Below, one piece after another: positions 1 to 10,907 of a DNA stretch of 64,000 bases. Origin of the DNA: Podarcis cretensis. Lineage: Eukaryota. The stretch spans positions 48,794,001 to 48,858,000 of the forward strand of contig OX638152.1 of NCBI GenBank assembly GCA_951804945.1, read 5' to 3'. The notes beneath the pieces were generated by a model. It did no database searches and was not told where the DNA came from. It was given only the letters and a program-made list of their open reading frames with translations. The position numbers and the translations under genes were made by a program. Position 1 is the first letter of the stretch. Each line of letters starts with the position of its first letter.

Positions 1-108
1 TCCAACACTTTCACAACCTCTCCGGATGCAGATGGAATGGAGAGATAGAGCTGCCTGTCAGCAGCATATTAATAGCACCACTAGATGACAGTTCCCAACA
101 GTCTGTAT

Positions 109-244
109 CAGGCATAGGCAAACTCCGGCCCTCCAGATGTTTGGGACTACAGATCCCATCAATCCTGACCACTGGTCCTGTTAGCTAGGGATGGTGGGAA
201 TTGTAGTCCCAAACATCTGGAGGGCCAGAGTTTGCCTATGCCTG
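109..244. mobile_element. Palindromic hAT (Charlie-like) MITE
   Basis: Terminal inverted repeats CAGGCATAGGCAAACT / AGTTTGCCTATGCCTG and an internally palindromic body. A second copy lies at 63532-63645. The 8-bp flanks here (gtctgtat/gtttatgc) match poorly. Confidence 0.8.
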
Positions 245-2091
245 GTTTATGCGAAAAGCGCTTTATGCGAATAAAAGCTGAGGGTTTGGAGTTTGGTTGG
301 AGTTAGCATGGATGTAATCTGGAGCAGAGGCAGGGTATGAGCTATGCTGTCCATTTGAGTGCAAGGAAGAAGCTATGGAAGAAGCAGGGGCCTTTTGGGG
401 TGCAATGCTGTGAGCCCCTCCATCCAGGTTCAGCGTGTAAATATATGTGTATAAATAAACCATATATCCTAAAGACACCACAGTCTACGCTGTGTCTCAT
501 TTGTCCGAAAAGAAACACAGACAATGGGTTAAAGCATGCCTGCAACCCCTGGGGTGGTGTGAAACAGTATACTGAGCCTTTGGGATGAATTAATTTTAAA
601 TGAAATAATAAAAATAAAACAAAATGTTAAATAACAATTATTCTAATTTGTGGGAGGGACATCAACTAGAGTATATAGTCAAACTCTCTCCCCCACACCC
701 TCATATTTGCATCAAAAAAGCTCTAGTTGAGCTGTAAAAGGTGCCATGTGCAAAAATGTGGTAAGCTAAATAAAAAATTGTGAGGTTTTTTACAGGCCTC
801 ACATAAAAAAATATTCCTTCATTTTTCAGGATGAGTGTGTATTTCTAAATAAGAAAAGTGCAAAATATATCTACATCTCTAAAATGACTTGTGGGTTTCA
901 AAATGCCCCCCTCCCTTTCTGTATTTCCTTTCAGTTCCATCCCCTCCCAGTTTTCAAACCTAAAACCTGCCAAGGAAAACATAATACACAGAAGGATATC
1001 AGGTATAACATTAATCAAAGTCAGCTCCCACAACAACTGCGGCACGTTTGAAAGAAAAGGCTACGAAAATCACTATCAAGGACCAAAAGCAATGACATCA
1101 GTGCACCTCCATGATGAAACTTAAATAGTAAATTCTTTTCTTTAGGTCAGGCACAGCTGCTAATAACGAAATGTAAATAATATCGGACAAAGTGGAAATC
1201 AGAATAGATGTTTCAAATTTTGCATTTTTACCCTCACATTTCCTTTTGCAAATCTGATCATTAACATGCCTACAGAGCCATGGGGAATCTGTGGACCACG
1301 AGATGTTATTGAACTGCAAGTACCATTATCCCAAACCATTGACTATGCTGGTTGGGGCTTGTGGCAATTGGAGCTCAACAAAATATTTTTTTGGTGGGGG
1401 TACACAGGTCCAACATGATTCTGGTTGTATGTTAATAATCAGATTTCCAAAAGGAAATATGAGGATGAAATGCAAAGTTTGTATCATCTATTTTATTTTA
1501 TTGAAGCTCTCCACAGATGCTGAGACATCCATTTTATTCTCCTTAAAAATGGGGGAACTATTTGTATCCATGAATACTATTACAGCCTTGAATGTCTACT
1601 GCAGACAGTTTTTCTTCCTTAGCCTTTTGCACTTCTCCCTAAGGAGATGCTTATAATTAGTCCTTGGAGATGGATTCACTTAACTGAGATTCATGACCAG
1701 GGCACTGCAGCAAAAATGCAACCCACAAACAGACAATTTGTTAGTGTCAATTTTCTCCCTTAACTGCAATTTATTTGGGGTTTCCCCCCACTCCTAATGG
1801 TCTGCCGTGATGTTTAACATTTTTTTTTAAAAAAAAACTTTTCAGAAGAAAAATTTCTGTCAGTTTTCCACAGATGCAAAAAGCCATAAAACGTATTTTG
1901 TAGACAAAAAAAGAGATATTAATAAAAAACAAAGCAGAACCCCCTAGAATGGAAAATTTAACAAAGAGTTTCAGTATTACTTTGTAGCCATTAATAAAAC
2001 CCTTTCCAGAGCTTGTGAAATATAAGTAGGTCAAGTACAAAAACATTAGCAGGATAGGAATGTTTTTCAATTGCCTTTATAATCCATGTTA

Positions 2092-2456
2092 AAAAGGTAA
2101 AGGTAAAGGTACCCCTGCCCGTACGGGCCAGTCTTGACAGACTCTGGGGTTGTGCGCCCATCTCACTTAAGAGGCCGGGGGCCAGCGCTGTCCGGAGACA
2201 CTTCCGGGTCACGTGGCCAGCGTGACATCGCTGCTCTGGCGAGCCAGAGCCGCACACGGAAACGCCGTTTACCTTCCCGCTGGTAAGCGGTCCCTATTTA
2301 TCTACTTGCACCCGGAGGTGCTTTCGAACTGCTAGGTTGGCAGGCGCTGGGACCGAGCAGCGGGAGCACACCCCGCCGCAGGGATTCGAACCGCCGACCT
2401 TTCGATCGGCAAATCCTAGGCGCTGAGGCTTTAACCCACAGCGCCACCTGCGTCCC
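2092..2456 (-). mobile_element. Sauria SINE (young subfamily)
   Basis: Minus strand begins GGGACGCAGGTGGCGCTGTGGG, has B-box GGTTCGAATCCC and ends in an (ACCTTT)n tail. 14-bp TSD TATAATCCATGTTA at 2078-2091 and 2459-2472. About 5 differences from the copy at 15341. Confidence 0.95.
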
Positions 2457-4114
2457 ACTATAATCCATGTTAGCGGCTAACAAATATGGTGCTTTAGAAT
2501 TGTATTCAAGAGATGGGGGTGTTTCTTTGTTCAGTTTCTGCCCGCTGACATTAAATACTGTTTTCCGAATTATTAACATTTTGAGAAAATCACTATTGCC
2601 TTTGGATAACATGGGAGTGAATCTGTTTTAGAAAAAATGTTCAAGATGGTGCTTAAATTTTACCAAAAACTGAGATGCTTTTTTCATTTCCTGATATTCT
2701 CTCCCCCCCCACCCTTTCACACACAGATATACGACAACAAAACATGCTATATTACATTAGATACTGCCTCATCCATTATATATCCGATAGGCCACTGCAG
2801 CTTCTCTTTCAAGTTACAAATATCTCAGAAGCCCATGGAGTGGTGGCATCAGAAAAAAAAAACAATATTGGGAGGCAAAGAAGGAGCAAAGTATATTTCT
2901 AGTTGAGGAGTTGTGTGGTACATGTTAAGATCTCTGAAAGAAGATGTAGCCTTTCAGCAACTCCCTGTACAGTGAGTAAGGGCGGTTGAGAGTCAAAGAA
3001 GTTTTTTTGGATGGGAAAATTGGAAATTCACACATGGAGTCTATGCAGCTGAACCTACAATTCTACATTAAAAGTACCTAGCTGGCAACCAATAGCATCT
3101 AAACAGAATGATAAGAACTGGAAGGTTCTTTGGGCCCCCTGCCCAATGTAAGCATTTTAAAGTACTTTTTCCTTTTAGCCAGTTAATGGGAGAATGGACA
3201 AGATGCTCGACTGACTTATATTTAAATGTTCTTAATATTGTTGAGTCTATAAAAGAAGAAAGGGATGATTTGGTATCTTTACAAAAAATGCAGTAAGGTG
3301 TAAAATGCATAAACAAAAATTGATGGTTGGGTGATTCCCCCCCCTGAAAAAAATTAAGTTGATTTCAGAAAAATTCCAGAGAGCCAGACTGCAAATAGTG
3401 TTTTAATATGGTTCTTCTTTGTTTATGGAGCACACAGCCTAGTGTTAAAATTGGATGCCTGGGATACAGCCTAAATGATTGTTCAATTACATCTTAAATT
3501 AGTTCATTCATTCAAGAGCCGGAAAAACAAGCTGACCGGCAGCATGAGGTTGCTTGATGAGGAAAGAAGTGAACACAAAAAAAGCTTTAATCTTCCAACA
3601 AGTCTTTTTCCTGAGCCACAATAAGGGATTGATGTTGCATTTTAAACTAATCAATCAAATGTGTTCTGTGTACAAATGTTAATGAATACACAAAAAAGTA
3701 TACCATTTAACATCAAGCATCAAAAAGCCTTTGTGAAGCTAACCATATGGCAAAAGGAATAAATTCTTTTATGTAGTTTTAAGCAATCATTGCAGCATAA
3801 TTATTGTCAGGAAGCTTTTCCACATAGAACTACTTTCAACGTTAAATGTGTCATTTTTATATTCAAACTGAAAGCCCTTCTCTGCACACACCCTTGTGAA
3901 GACTATGCATGCATTGTATATTATATTTACAATCAAGTTGGCTGTAAAACCTTGTGAAAGCAATAACAATATGCATATATATTATTTATTATAATTGCAG
4001 TTAGTTTGGCTGCAAAACCTGCACGTAGGATTTAAGAAGCACCTACGCCTTGTCAAAGAACAGCTAAGGTGGAGGGAGGTGGAATAGTGCTGCTGTGCCA
4101 AAATATGTCTTCTA

Positions 4115-4345
4115 CAGTGGTACCTCTGGTTACAGACACTTCAGGTTACAGATGCTTCAGGTTACAGACTCTGCTAACCCAGAAATAGTACCTCAGGTTA
4201 AGAACTTTGCTTCAGGATGAAAACAGAAATAGTGCAGCGGCAGCGGGAGGCCCCATTAGCTAAAGTGGTACCTCAAGTTAAGAACAGTTTCAGATTAAGA
4301 ACGGACCTCCAGAATGAATTAAGTTCTTAACCCGAGGTACTACTG
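4115..4345. mobile_element. Tc1/mariner (Tigger-like) MITE
   Basis: TA|CAGTGGTACCTC ... GAGGTACTACTG termini and internal CAGGTTA(C/A)(A/G) repeats. Same family as 24509, 50108, 59092 and 61758. Confidence 0.85.
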
Positions 4346-4432
4346 GAAGAAGAAGAAGAAGAAGAAGAAGAAGAAGAAGAAGAAGAAGAAAAAGAAGAAG
4401 AAGAAGAAGAAAAAGAAGAAAGAAGAAGAAGA
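4346..4432 (+). repeat. (GAA)n microsatellite
   Basis: About 28 near-perfect GAA units directly abutting the right TIR of the MITE. Confidence 0.95.
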
Positions 4433-5378
4433 TCGCCTGCAAAAGAGGATCTCACAACACTTTAGAATTTCTCTAGCACCAGTGGTATAGTAGCCTTATC
4501 TGATACATATTTACTTGCAAGAAAATCCCAATGAATTCAATGAGGCCTGGGAGGATTGACAGAGGATTCATTGATGCACTCAGAGCTCTGCTGCCTCACA
4601 CTAGTCAGGGTGGAAGGAGGTGAAGGGGAAAAGATGGATCTATGGAAGCATGACCGATGCAGTTGCACTGGGCATGGAGCTGCTGGTGCACCAGTAGGTA
4701 CTGCAACAATGATGTGAAATGGAAGGCAAGAGGTGAGGGGGGGCCTCCGGATTTTTGCGTCGGACAGGGTGCCACTGAAATTTGAGATGCCAAGGTCCGC
4801 CACAGTTTTCCTTTGTTTTCTATTTTTGCTATGCAAGCTCCAGGTTGGTATACCTGAAAGGTCCAAGACTAACACTCATCCATTGGATCCAAACCCACTT
4901 GGGCATCAAAGCCTCCCATCTGCTGGCCATCCTAATTCCACTCTAGTCAGGGCTGGCCCATCCATGAGGTAACGTTAGGTGACTGCCTCAGGTGGCAAAA
5001 GCCATAGGGGCAGCAGATCCCAATGTAGATCTTTATTCCCTCTTGTTCCTGATGTAGCTCTTCACTCACCCCTTCTTCCTTGACAGGGAGGGGATGCCAT
5101 TTTATGGTTCACCTCAGTGCCAAAATGCATTGGGCCAGCAAATCCAGCCTTAACATTCCTTAGTAAATTACACTCGGTTCAATTGAACTTTTTTGTAGTA
5201 AGGGTCTATTGGATTATAGCCTGACATCACAATCCTACACAAAATCCTATTGAATTTTCTGACACTAATGAATGTATATAAGAATGCACCTTAACTATTT
5301 ACAAGTATGGCAGAAATAAATTTTAGATTACAGGGGTTTTTTTACTGGTAGATGTAAAAGTGAAGTTAACTATTTCAG

Positions 5379-5595
5379 TTACAGATAGGTAGCCGTGTTG
5401 GTCTGCCATAGTCAAAACAAAATAAAAAAATTCCTTCCAGTAGCACCTTAAAGACCGACTAAGTTAGTTCTTGGTATGAGCTTTCGTGTGCATGCACAGG
5501 TATCTGAAGAAGTGTGCATGCACACGAAAGCTCATACCAAGAACTAACTTAGTCGGTCTTTAAGGTGCTACTGGAAGGAATTTTTTTATTTTGTT
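5379..5595. mobile_element. Penelope-like element remnant (inverted pseudo-LTR)
   Basis: Perfect 85-bp inverted repeat (5414-5498 / 5513-5597) and 13-bp TSD TTAACTATTTCAG (5366-5378, 5596-5608). Contains a hammerhead core, as established for Penelope-like elements. Related copy at 46905-47033. Confidence 0.8.
5499..5538 (+). ncRNA. Minimal type I hammerhead ribozyme motif
   Basis: GGTAT-CTGAAGA-A-GTGTGCATGCACAC-GAAA-GC-TC-ATACC. Stem I is GGTAT/ATACC, the CUGANGA box is followed by a palindromic stem II and the GAAA box, stem III is the minimal self-complementary AGCT, and the cleavage site is UC. Confidence 0.75.
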
Positions 5596-6691
5596 TTAAC
5601 TATTTCAGCAATGGGGAACTAACTATATGAATGCAATCTATAAATACTTTATAAGGGTTTATAATTCTAGATTAATTTGCCGATTTAATACAACGTTAAT
5701 ATACTGTACATAAATTTAATTTTGCTGCACTAACTGTAGTCTTTGGTTCTTTCATTTCTTTATCATTGGTTTTTTTCCTTCCCAAGATTATGCATCAGCT
5801 GCTAGATGTATCCATTGTGTCCTCTGGCTATGCAGAACTCTTCCTGAGTTGCATTAATAATATTTCTTTTGGCACTGAACAGTCTTGAAAGTGACATGAG
5901 GTGAATACAAAACATATAAAAGTCTCCAGCTGATATGCAATCTTACATGAAAATAATTTATTATTTGAAAAAACCTTCTCAGCTTTTGACTAATTCAGTG
6001 CACATTTACTCAGGAGTAAGTCTCGCTTATCTCCAAGAGTATGTGTGTAAAATTTTTATCTTTGTTCAAGTCAACACACAATGCAGCAGCTTTCTGCATA
6101 TCCTTACCTAGATAGACTTTTTCTTGTATGTGTGTATAAAGTATTTGGTACATTGTGAAAGCATTAATTGGTGGCAATGTGCCTGCAATGATGTCATGAG
6201 GCATTTCCCAACATTGTTGCTTATGCATATTCATCTTCTCATAATCTGCAGTTAGGAGCGGCAAAGACATCTTCAGACTCACGATTTTGTGGGATTCAAG
6301 CACATACCAGAAATTTAGGTTTGCACAATTAAACATCTGGAGGGCCAGTTGTTCTCTACACCTGCCTGAGCACAACAAATCCACTTTTAAAAATAAATGA
6401 ACGAATTATTTTGTGGTTAGGAAAGCGATGAGGAAATGCACTGAAAAGTGTGGGATGAATGAATGGGCTTATGGCATGATGTATAAACACCACACAAACA
6501 AATCAAGATGGATGCTTGGTGTTTCATAACTCCATACAAACAAACCAGAATGAATGCTCAATAGAGACTCAACAAAGGCTAACTTCTGCATAAGTTTTGT
6601 GCAAGCAAATTAGTGTGAATGCTCAATAAACAGGCCATCTGGAGAAGCCCCCGCCTCCAGCAAGCTCAGAAACAACATTTATAGTGCAATT

Positions 6692-9600
6692 TCCCTGAAA
6701 GACGCATTCAATCCACCCCAGAGCCTTAAAATTGTCTCCTGGAATGTCAACGGCTGGGCGACAAAACAAAGGGATCCTGAGGCAATAAACTTCATCTCTT
6801 CTTTTGACATTGTGTGCCTCCAAGAAACCTGGTCCCAACAAAGTATCGCTCTCCCAAATTATTGTTCCTTTAGCTCCTGTGCTCGCAAACTAGCTAAAAG
6901 GGGTCGCCCTCAAGTTGGCCTCGCCTGTCTTATTTCAACCAGCTTATCCCTCACTATCTGCGAGGAACTTAAATCTTCCCCTTACTTTCTCACTATAAAG
7001 ATCCACCTTCCAAAGACCAAAAGCCCATGGTTGATAACTACAGTATATCTGCCTCCAGCAATTAATGATTCCGACCGTAATGAAAGGTGGTCTGAACTTT
7101 CGTCTTGGCTCCATGATCTTCAAACAACTAACCCAGGACTTCCCCAAATCCTCTTAGGCGACTTTAACGCAAGAATAGGTCCCAACGACGACGCTATATT
7201 ATCTTCCGCAGCACTCCTGGACAATCCCCTGCAGCCTCCCTGGGGAAACAGATGCTCTCTTGATCCCATAACAAATGCGTCAGGGAGGCTGATGGCCCAA
7301 TTGGCCATCGAAAATGATCTTTGCATCGCAAATGGCAACGTTACTCCCTTGTCCTCGCAGCAGTTAACGTGCATCTCTTCCCGGGGAACCAGTGTTGTCG
7401 ACTACATTCTATTGACGCCGGAGCTATTCTCAATCTCTACAAAAATGGAAGTGGCTGAATATTTTGGTGGTGACCACCTTCCATTGACTCTATTGTTAAA
7501 CCTAATAGAGCCATTCTCAGTCCCCTCAAACTATAGTTCCACAGCACAAAGCTACCCTGTATACAAAACAAAGAAATGGACAAGCCTCAGCTCCTCTCTT
7601 GCCCTGGACATACAAAAATCATTTCATATGCTTGCAGTTCCTTCTGACTCAATTCTGCCCGCTGACCAATACTGGAAATTAATTGATGCTTTTTCAACAA
7701 CTTACATAACCACCACCTCGCCTACCCACCAACGCCTCTTCTCTGAATCACCTTGGTTTGACAAGGAATGTAAAGTCCTAAGAAGGCGAATTAGGAAAAT
7801 GGTCAGAATCATCAAATTTTCCAACGACCCCCAAACCTGTGCAGAGCTTCTAGATATTAAAAGGACATACAGAAACATGATTCATTGCAAGAAACAGCAA
7901 CACATCCTTGAGGCTTGGTCCACTCTTCGTTCGGCTGTAGAGAGGCATGACTCCCGCTCCTTCTGGCGCTTAGTTAGGCCTTCGGCACCATTCAATTCCG
8001 CTACCCTGATTTCCGCTGACGAATGGATCGCCTATTATTCAGCCAGTTTCGCTTCTCCAAATCATCTTACAGATCTCCTTCAATCCCCGTTGGACCTCTG
8101 TTCCTGTTCTCTTAGTACCACATCCTCAGTAAATTTTACTTCAACCCGCATTTTCAACATCATAATGTCCATGCGAAGGAATAAGGCCCCCGGCCCAGAC
8201 ATGGTCCCGTTGGACCTTTTCCTGACTGATCCTCTTTGGTGGAGTGAACAGCTGACTCCTGTATTCACCGCTATCTCTTCCGCCCTAGACATCCCCGACT
8301 CCTGGAGAGAAGCTACAATAGTTCCAATTTTCAAAGGCGGCCAGCCAAACACCCCTAGGAACTATCGCCCCATCAGTTTACTATCTATTCCGGGGAAAAT
8401 ATTTGCCGCTGTTTTACTGGAAGAACTCCTTTCATGGGTACATGAGAGAAACATTCTACCACTAGAACAGATTGGCTTCCGGAAGTCAGCATCAACCATG
8501 GACCACTGTCTAACTCTTTATCACCTTGCCAGTAAATACACTGCACCAAGGCAAGGCCACCTGTTTGCCGCTTTCATGGACCTGGAGGCCGCCTTTGATT
8601 CCATTCCTAGGCAAAGATTATGGTCCAAACTTGCCCATCTGGGAATTGATCCGCACCTCCTCTCCCTAATTATTTCCCTTTATTCAAACACCACAGCTCG
8701 TGTTCGAATTGATCCCAATGGCTCCCTTACCACTCCATTTCCAACGGCCAGGGGCGTCCGACAAGGTTGTCTCTTGGCCCCTTTATTGTTTAATCTTTAT
8801 CTTCATGATGCTCTTTCCCCTTTGAAGCTAGCAACTAAGTATCCTCCTCACCTAGCAGGCCACCCCGTTGCTTCCCTTTTCTATGCAGATGATGCCGTCA
8901 TCTTATCCAGAACAGCTGCGGACCTAGCAAATGCAGTTAATGCATTTATCGCCTATTGTAAGGCGGAAGCACTTAATATTAATTATAAAAAATCGAAAGT
9001 CCTCCACTTCACTCGTTCCCGTAAACTCAAGCTGGAGCCGCTTAAGATCACAGGTGGCTACTTAGAAAAGGTAAAAGCCTTTAAATATCTAGGCTTAATA
9101 TTTACTTATAATCTCTCCTGGACCACCCATCTACAATCTGCCTCTCTTGCTGCAACCACGACCTCTAATGCCATTGTCCGATTTTATCATCAGAAGGGCG
9201 GCAAACACCTTCCAGCAGCAATTCAAATATTTAATGCCAAAGTTGTCCCTAAATTATTATATGGCTGCGAAGTATGGACTACAGCAATATCAGGTAACTT
9301 GGATCGCCCACTTCACATGTTTCTGAGATCTCTTTCCAGTGTCCCGAGATGTGTCTCAGGTGCAGCCCTACGACTTGAGTTCGCCCAGCCCTCAATTGTA
9401 AAACGAGCATGGAGTCGTGCCATTTCCTATAGCTCCAACCTACTAGCATCGGATTCTCGAATGAGAGGTGGTTTCTCCAATCTGATCTTAAGAGATATTC
9501 ATAATTCTCCTTGGAAAACTACAATTAATCTCAAATTCTGCTCTCTTCTCAATTTGAACCGCAAAACTGTTTTTAACTTAGAGTATATTAGCCCGGCGGC

Positions 9601-10087
9601 CCTACCTCTAATCAAAAAGAAGCTACAGCAACTTGACTTCTCTAACACAGCTTCCCATGCAAGAGGGCCGTGTTCAGGCTTAGCCCTAGCTATTCCACCC
9701 CCTGAAGGGATCCCTCTATACTGCTTCACAATTCCTTCGGAGGCTAAGCGAAGGGCCTTTACCTGTGCCCGTCTCAACTGTTTTCCTACAGCGGTTCTGT
9801 CGGGTCGTTACTCCAGAGTTTCCATCGCAAATAGAACATGCACCTGCAATGACACGGCTCTGGAGACTATGGAACATGTAATGCTCTTCTGTCCCAACTG
9901 GACAGAAGAAAGATCTCGGTTTTTAACTCCTCTCGTGAACAAGCTTCATCTCCCAATCCAGCCTTGGATAGTGTCCCTTCTTCTGCAGGATTCTGACTGT
10001 TGGATTACCGAGATGACAGCTAATTTCCTGCTTAGTGTGATGAAGAGGAAAGCGGCACCAACTTCTTCTTTAATACCACAGATGTAA
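6692..10087 (+). CDS. LINE ORF2: AP endonuclease + reverse transcriptase + C-terminal CCHC motif (no ATG start, truncated at the 5' boundary)
   Basis: The frame is open from the insertion boundary (SLKDAFNPPQSLKIVSWNVNGW...IVCLQETW), 40 codons upstream of the ORF-track start. APE motifs GDFNA, VVDYIL, GDHLP; RT motifs KAPGPD, NYRPISLL, DLEAAFD, GVRQGCLLAP, YADD, KYLG; C-terminal CTC..ETMEHVMLFCP. No stops or frameshifts. Confidence 0.92.
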   Translation, partial: SLKDAFNPPQSLKIVSWNVNGWATKQRDPEAINFISSFDIVCLQETWSQQSIALPNYCSFSSCARKLAKRGRPQVGLACLISTSLSLTICEELKSSPYFLTIKIHLPKTKSPWLITTVYLPPAINDSDRNERWSELSSWLHDLQTTNPGLPQILLGDFNARIGPNDDAILSSAALLDNPLQPPWGNRCSLDPITNASGRLMAQLAIENDLCIANGNVTPLSSQQLTCISSRGTSVVDYILLTPELFSISTKMEVAEYFGGDHLPLTLLLNLIEPFSVPSNYSSTAQSYPVYKTKKWTSLSSSLALDIQKSFHMLAVPSDSILPADQYWKLIDAFSTTYITTTSPTHQRLFSESPWFDKECKVLRRRIRKMVRIIKFSNDPQTCAELLDIKRTYRNMIHCKKQQHILEAWSTLRSAVERHDSRSFWRLVRPSAPFNSATLISADEWIAYYSASFASPNHLTDLLQSPLDLCSCSLSTTSSVNFTSTRIFNIIMSMRRNKAPGPDMVPLDLFLTDPLWWSEQLTPVFTAISSALDIPDSWREATIVPIFKGGQPNTPRNYRPISLLSIPGKIFAAVLLEELLSWVHERNILPLEQIGFRKSASTMDHCLTLYHLASKYTAPRQGHLFAAFMDLEAAFDSIPRQRLWSKLAHLGIDPHLLSLIISLYSNTTARVRIDPNGSLTTPFPTARGVRQGCLLAPLLFNLYLHDALSPLKLATKYPPHLAGHPVASLFYADDAVILSRTAADLANAVNAFIAYCKAEALNINYKKSKVLHFTRSRKLKLEPLKITGGYLEKVKAFKYLGLIFTYNLSWTTHLQSASLAATTTSNAIVRFYHQKGGKHLPAAIQIFNAKVVPKLLYGCEVWTTAISGNLDRPLHMFLRSLSSVPRCVSGAALRLEFAQPSIVKRAWSRAISYSSNLLASDSRMRGGFSNLILRDIHNSPWKTTINLKFCSLLNLNRKTVFNLEYISPAALPLIKKKLQQLDFSNTASHARGPCSGLALAIPPPEGIPLYCFTIPSEAKRRAFTCARLNCFPTAVLSGRYSRVSIANRTCTCNDTALETMEHVMLFCPNWTEERSRFLTPLVNKLHLPIQPWIVSLLLQDSDCWITEMTANFLLSVMKRKAAPTSSLIPQM

Positions 10088-10293
10088 TTGATACGCCGCA
10101 CAATCGAATCTGTTTTTGTATTCTCAGTCACTCGATGTTTTAAATCCCCCGTTACTTTTGTTATCCCCATTTTTTTTAAAGTATTTGCCCAGGACAACAT
10201 CCACTTTTATCTCCCCACCCCTATTCCATGTTGTTATTTCTATGTATATTATGCTATGGCCACATGGCTAATGCAATAAAATCGAATTCTATC
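6692..10293 (+). mobile_element. Non-LTR retrotransposon, RTE-X-like LINE, 5'-truncated
   Basis: 12-bp TSD TATAGTGCAATT (6680-6691, 10294-10305). Single APE-RT-CCHC ORF. The 3' UTR ends in the hairpin TGGCCACATGGCTA, then AATAAA and a short TTCTATC tail. Clade assigned from motifs. Confidence 0.9.
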
Positions 10294-10626
10294 TATAGTG
10301 CAATTCTATGCATGTTTACTCAGAGCTGTATCCCACTGAGTTCAATGAGACTTACTTCTACATAGCAGTGATGGGGAATTGCTGGTCCATGGACTTAGAT
10401 CTGGTCCATGGCACCTTTGGATCTGGTTCATGACCTCAGAGAGAGATGGAGATGGAAGGGGGAGAAAAAGAAAGAAAAATGGGGAGGCCTAGAGAAAAGA
10501 GGGAGGGAAGGAAGAGTAAGCAGAAGGAGATAAAACCGAGTTGCTCTTCTCACCACTGGCTCACTCCCTGAACATAGATGAACAGCATCATCAGTGTATG
10601 GACAACTGACATTATTGCCCTCCAAA

Positions 10627-10907
10627 GGAGGAGGAGGAGGAGGAGGAGGAGGAGGAGGAGGAAGAGGAGTTTGGATTTGATATCCCACTTTATCACTCCC
10701 CTTCAGGAGTCTCAAAGCGGCTAACATTCTCCTTTCCCTTCCTCCCCCACAACAAACACTCTGTGAGGTGAGTGGGGCTAAGAGACTTCAAAGAAGTGTG
10801 ACTAGCCCAAGGTCACCCAGCAGCTGCATGTGGAGGAGCAGGGATGTGAACCCAGTACACCAGATTACGAGTCTACTGCTCTTAACCACTAGATCACACT
10901 GGCTCTC
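10627..10907 (-). mobile_element. tRNA-derived CORE/MIR-like squamate SINE (Squam3-like) with (GGA)n tail microsatellite
   Basis: Minus-strand head GAGAGCCAGTGTGATCTAGTGGTTAAGAG...GGGTTCACATCCC (A and B boxes), CORE-like GTGACCTTGGGC and CTCACAGAGTGTTTGTTGTG. Homologous to 55468-55773. Confidence 0.8.

Noticed and set aside
2380-2456. tRNA gene (A/B boxes, GGTTCGAATCCC); likewise at 13610-13690, 15341-15420 and 48357-48435
   Set aside because: These are tRNA-derived heads of Sauria SINEs with SINE body, tail and TSD. No cloverleaf acceptor stem.
1991-2612. Duplicated short ORFs (MCGSGSPEQR.., ..GTQVALWVKASAPR..), also at 15278-15830
   Set aside because: Translations of the SINE sequence, not genes.
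10428-10727. Poly-proline ORF
   Set aside because: Arises from the (GGA)n SINE-tail microsatellite.
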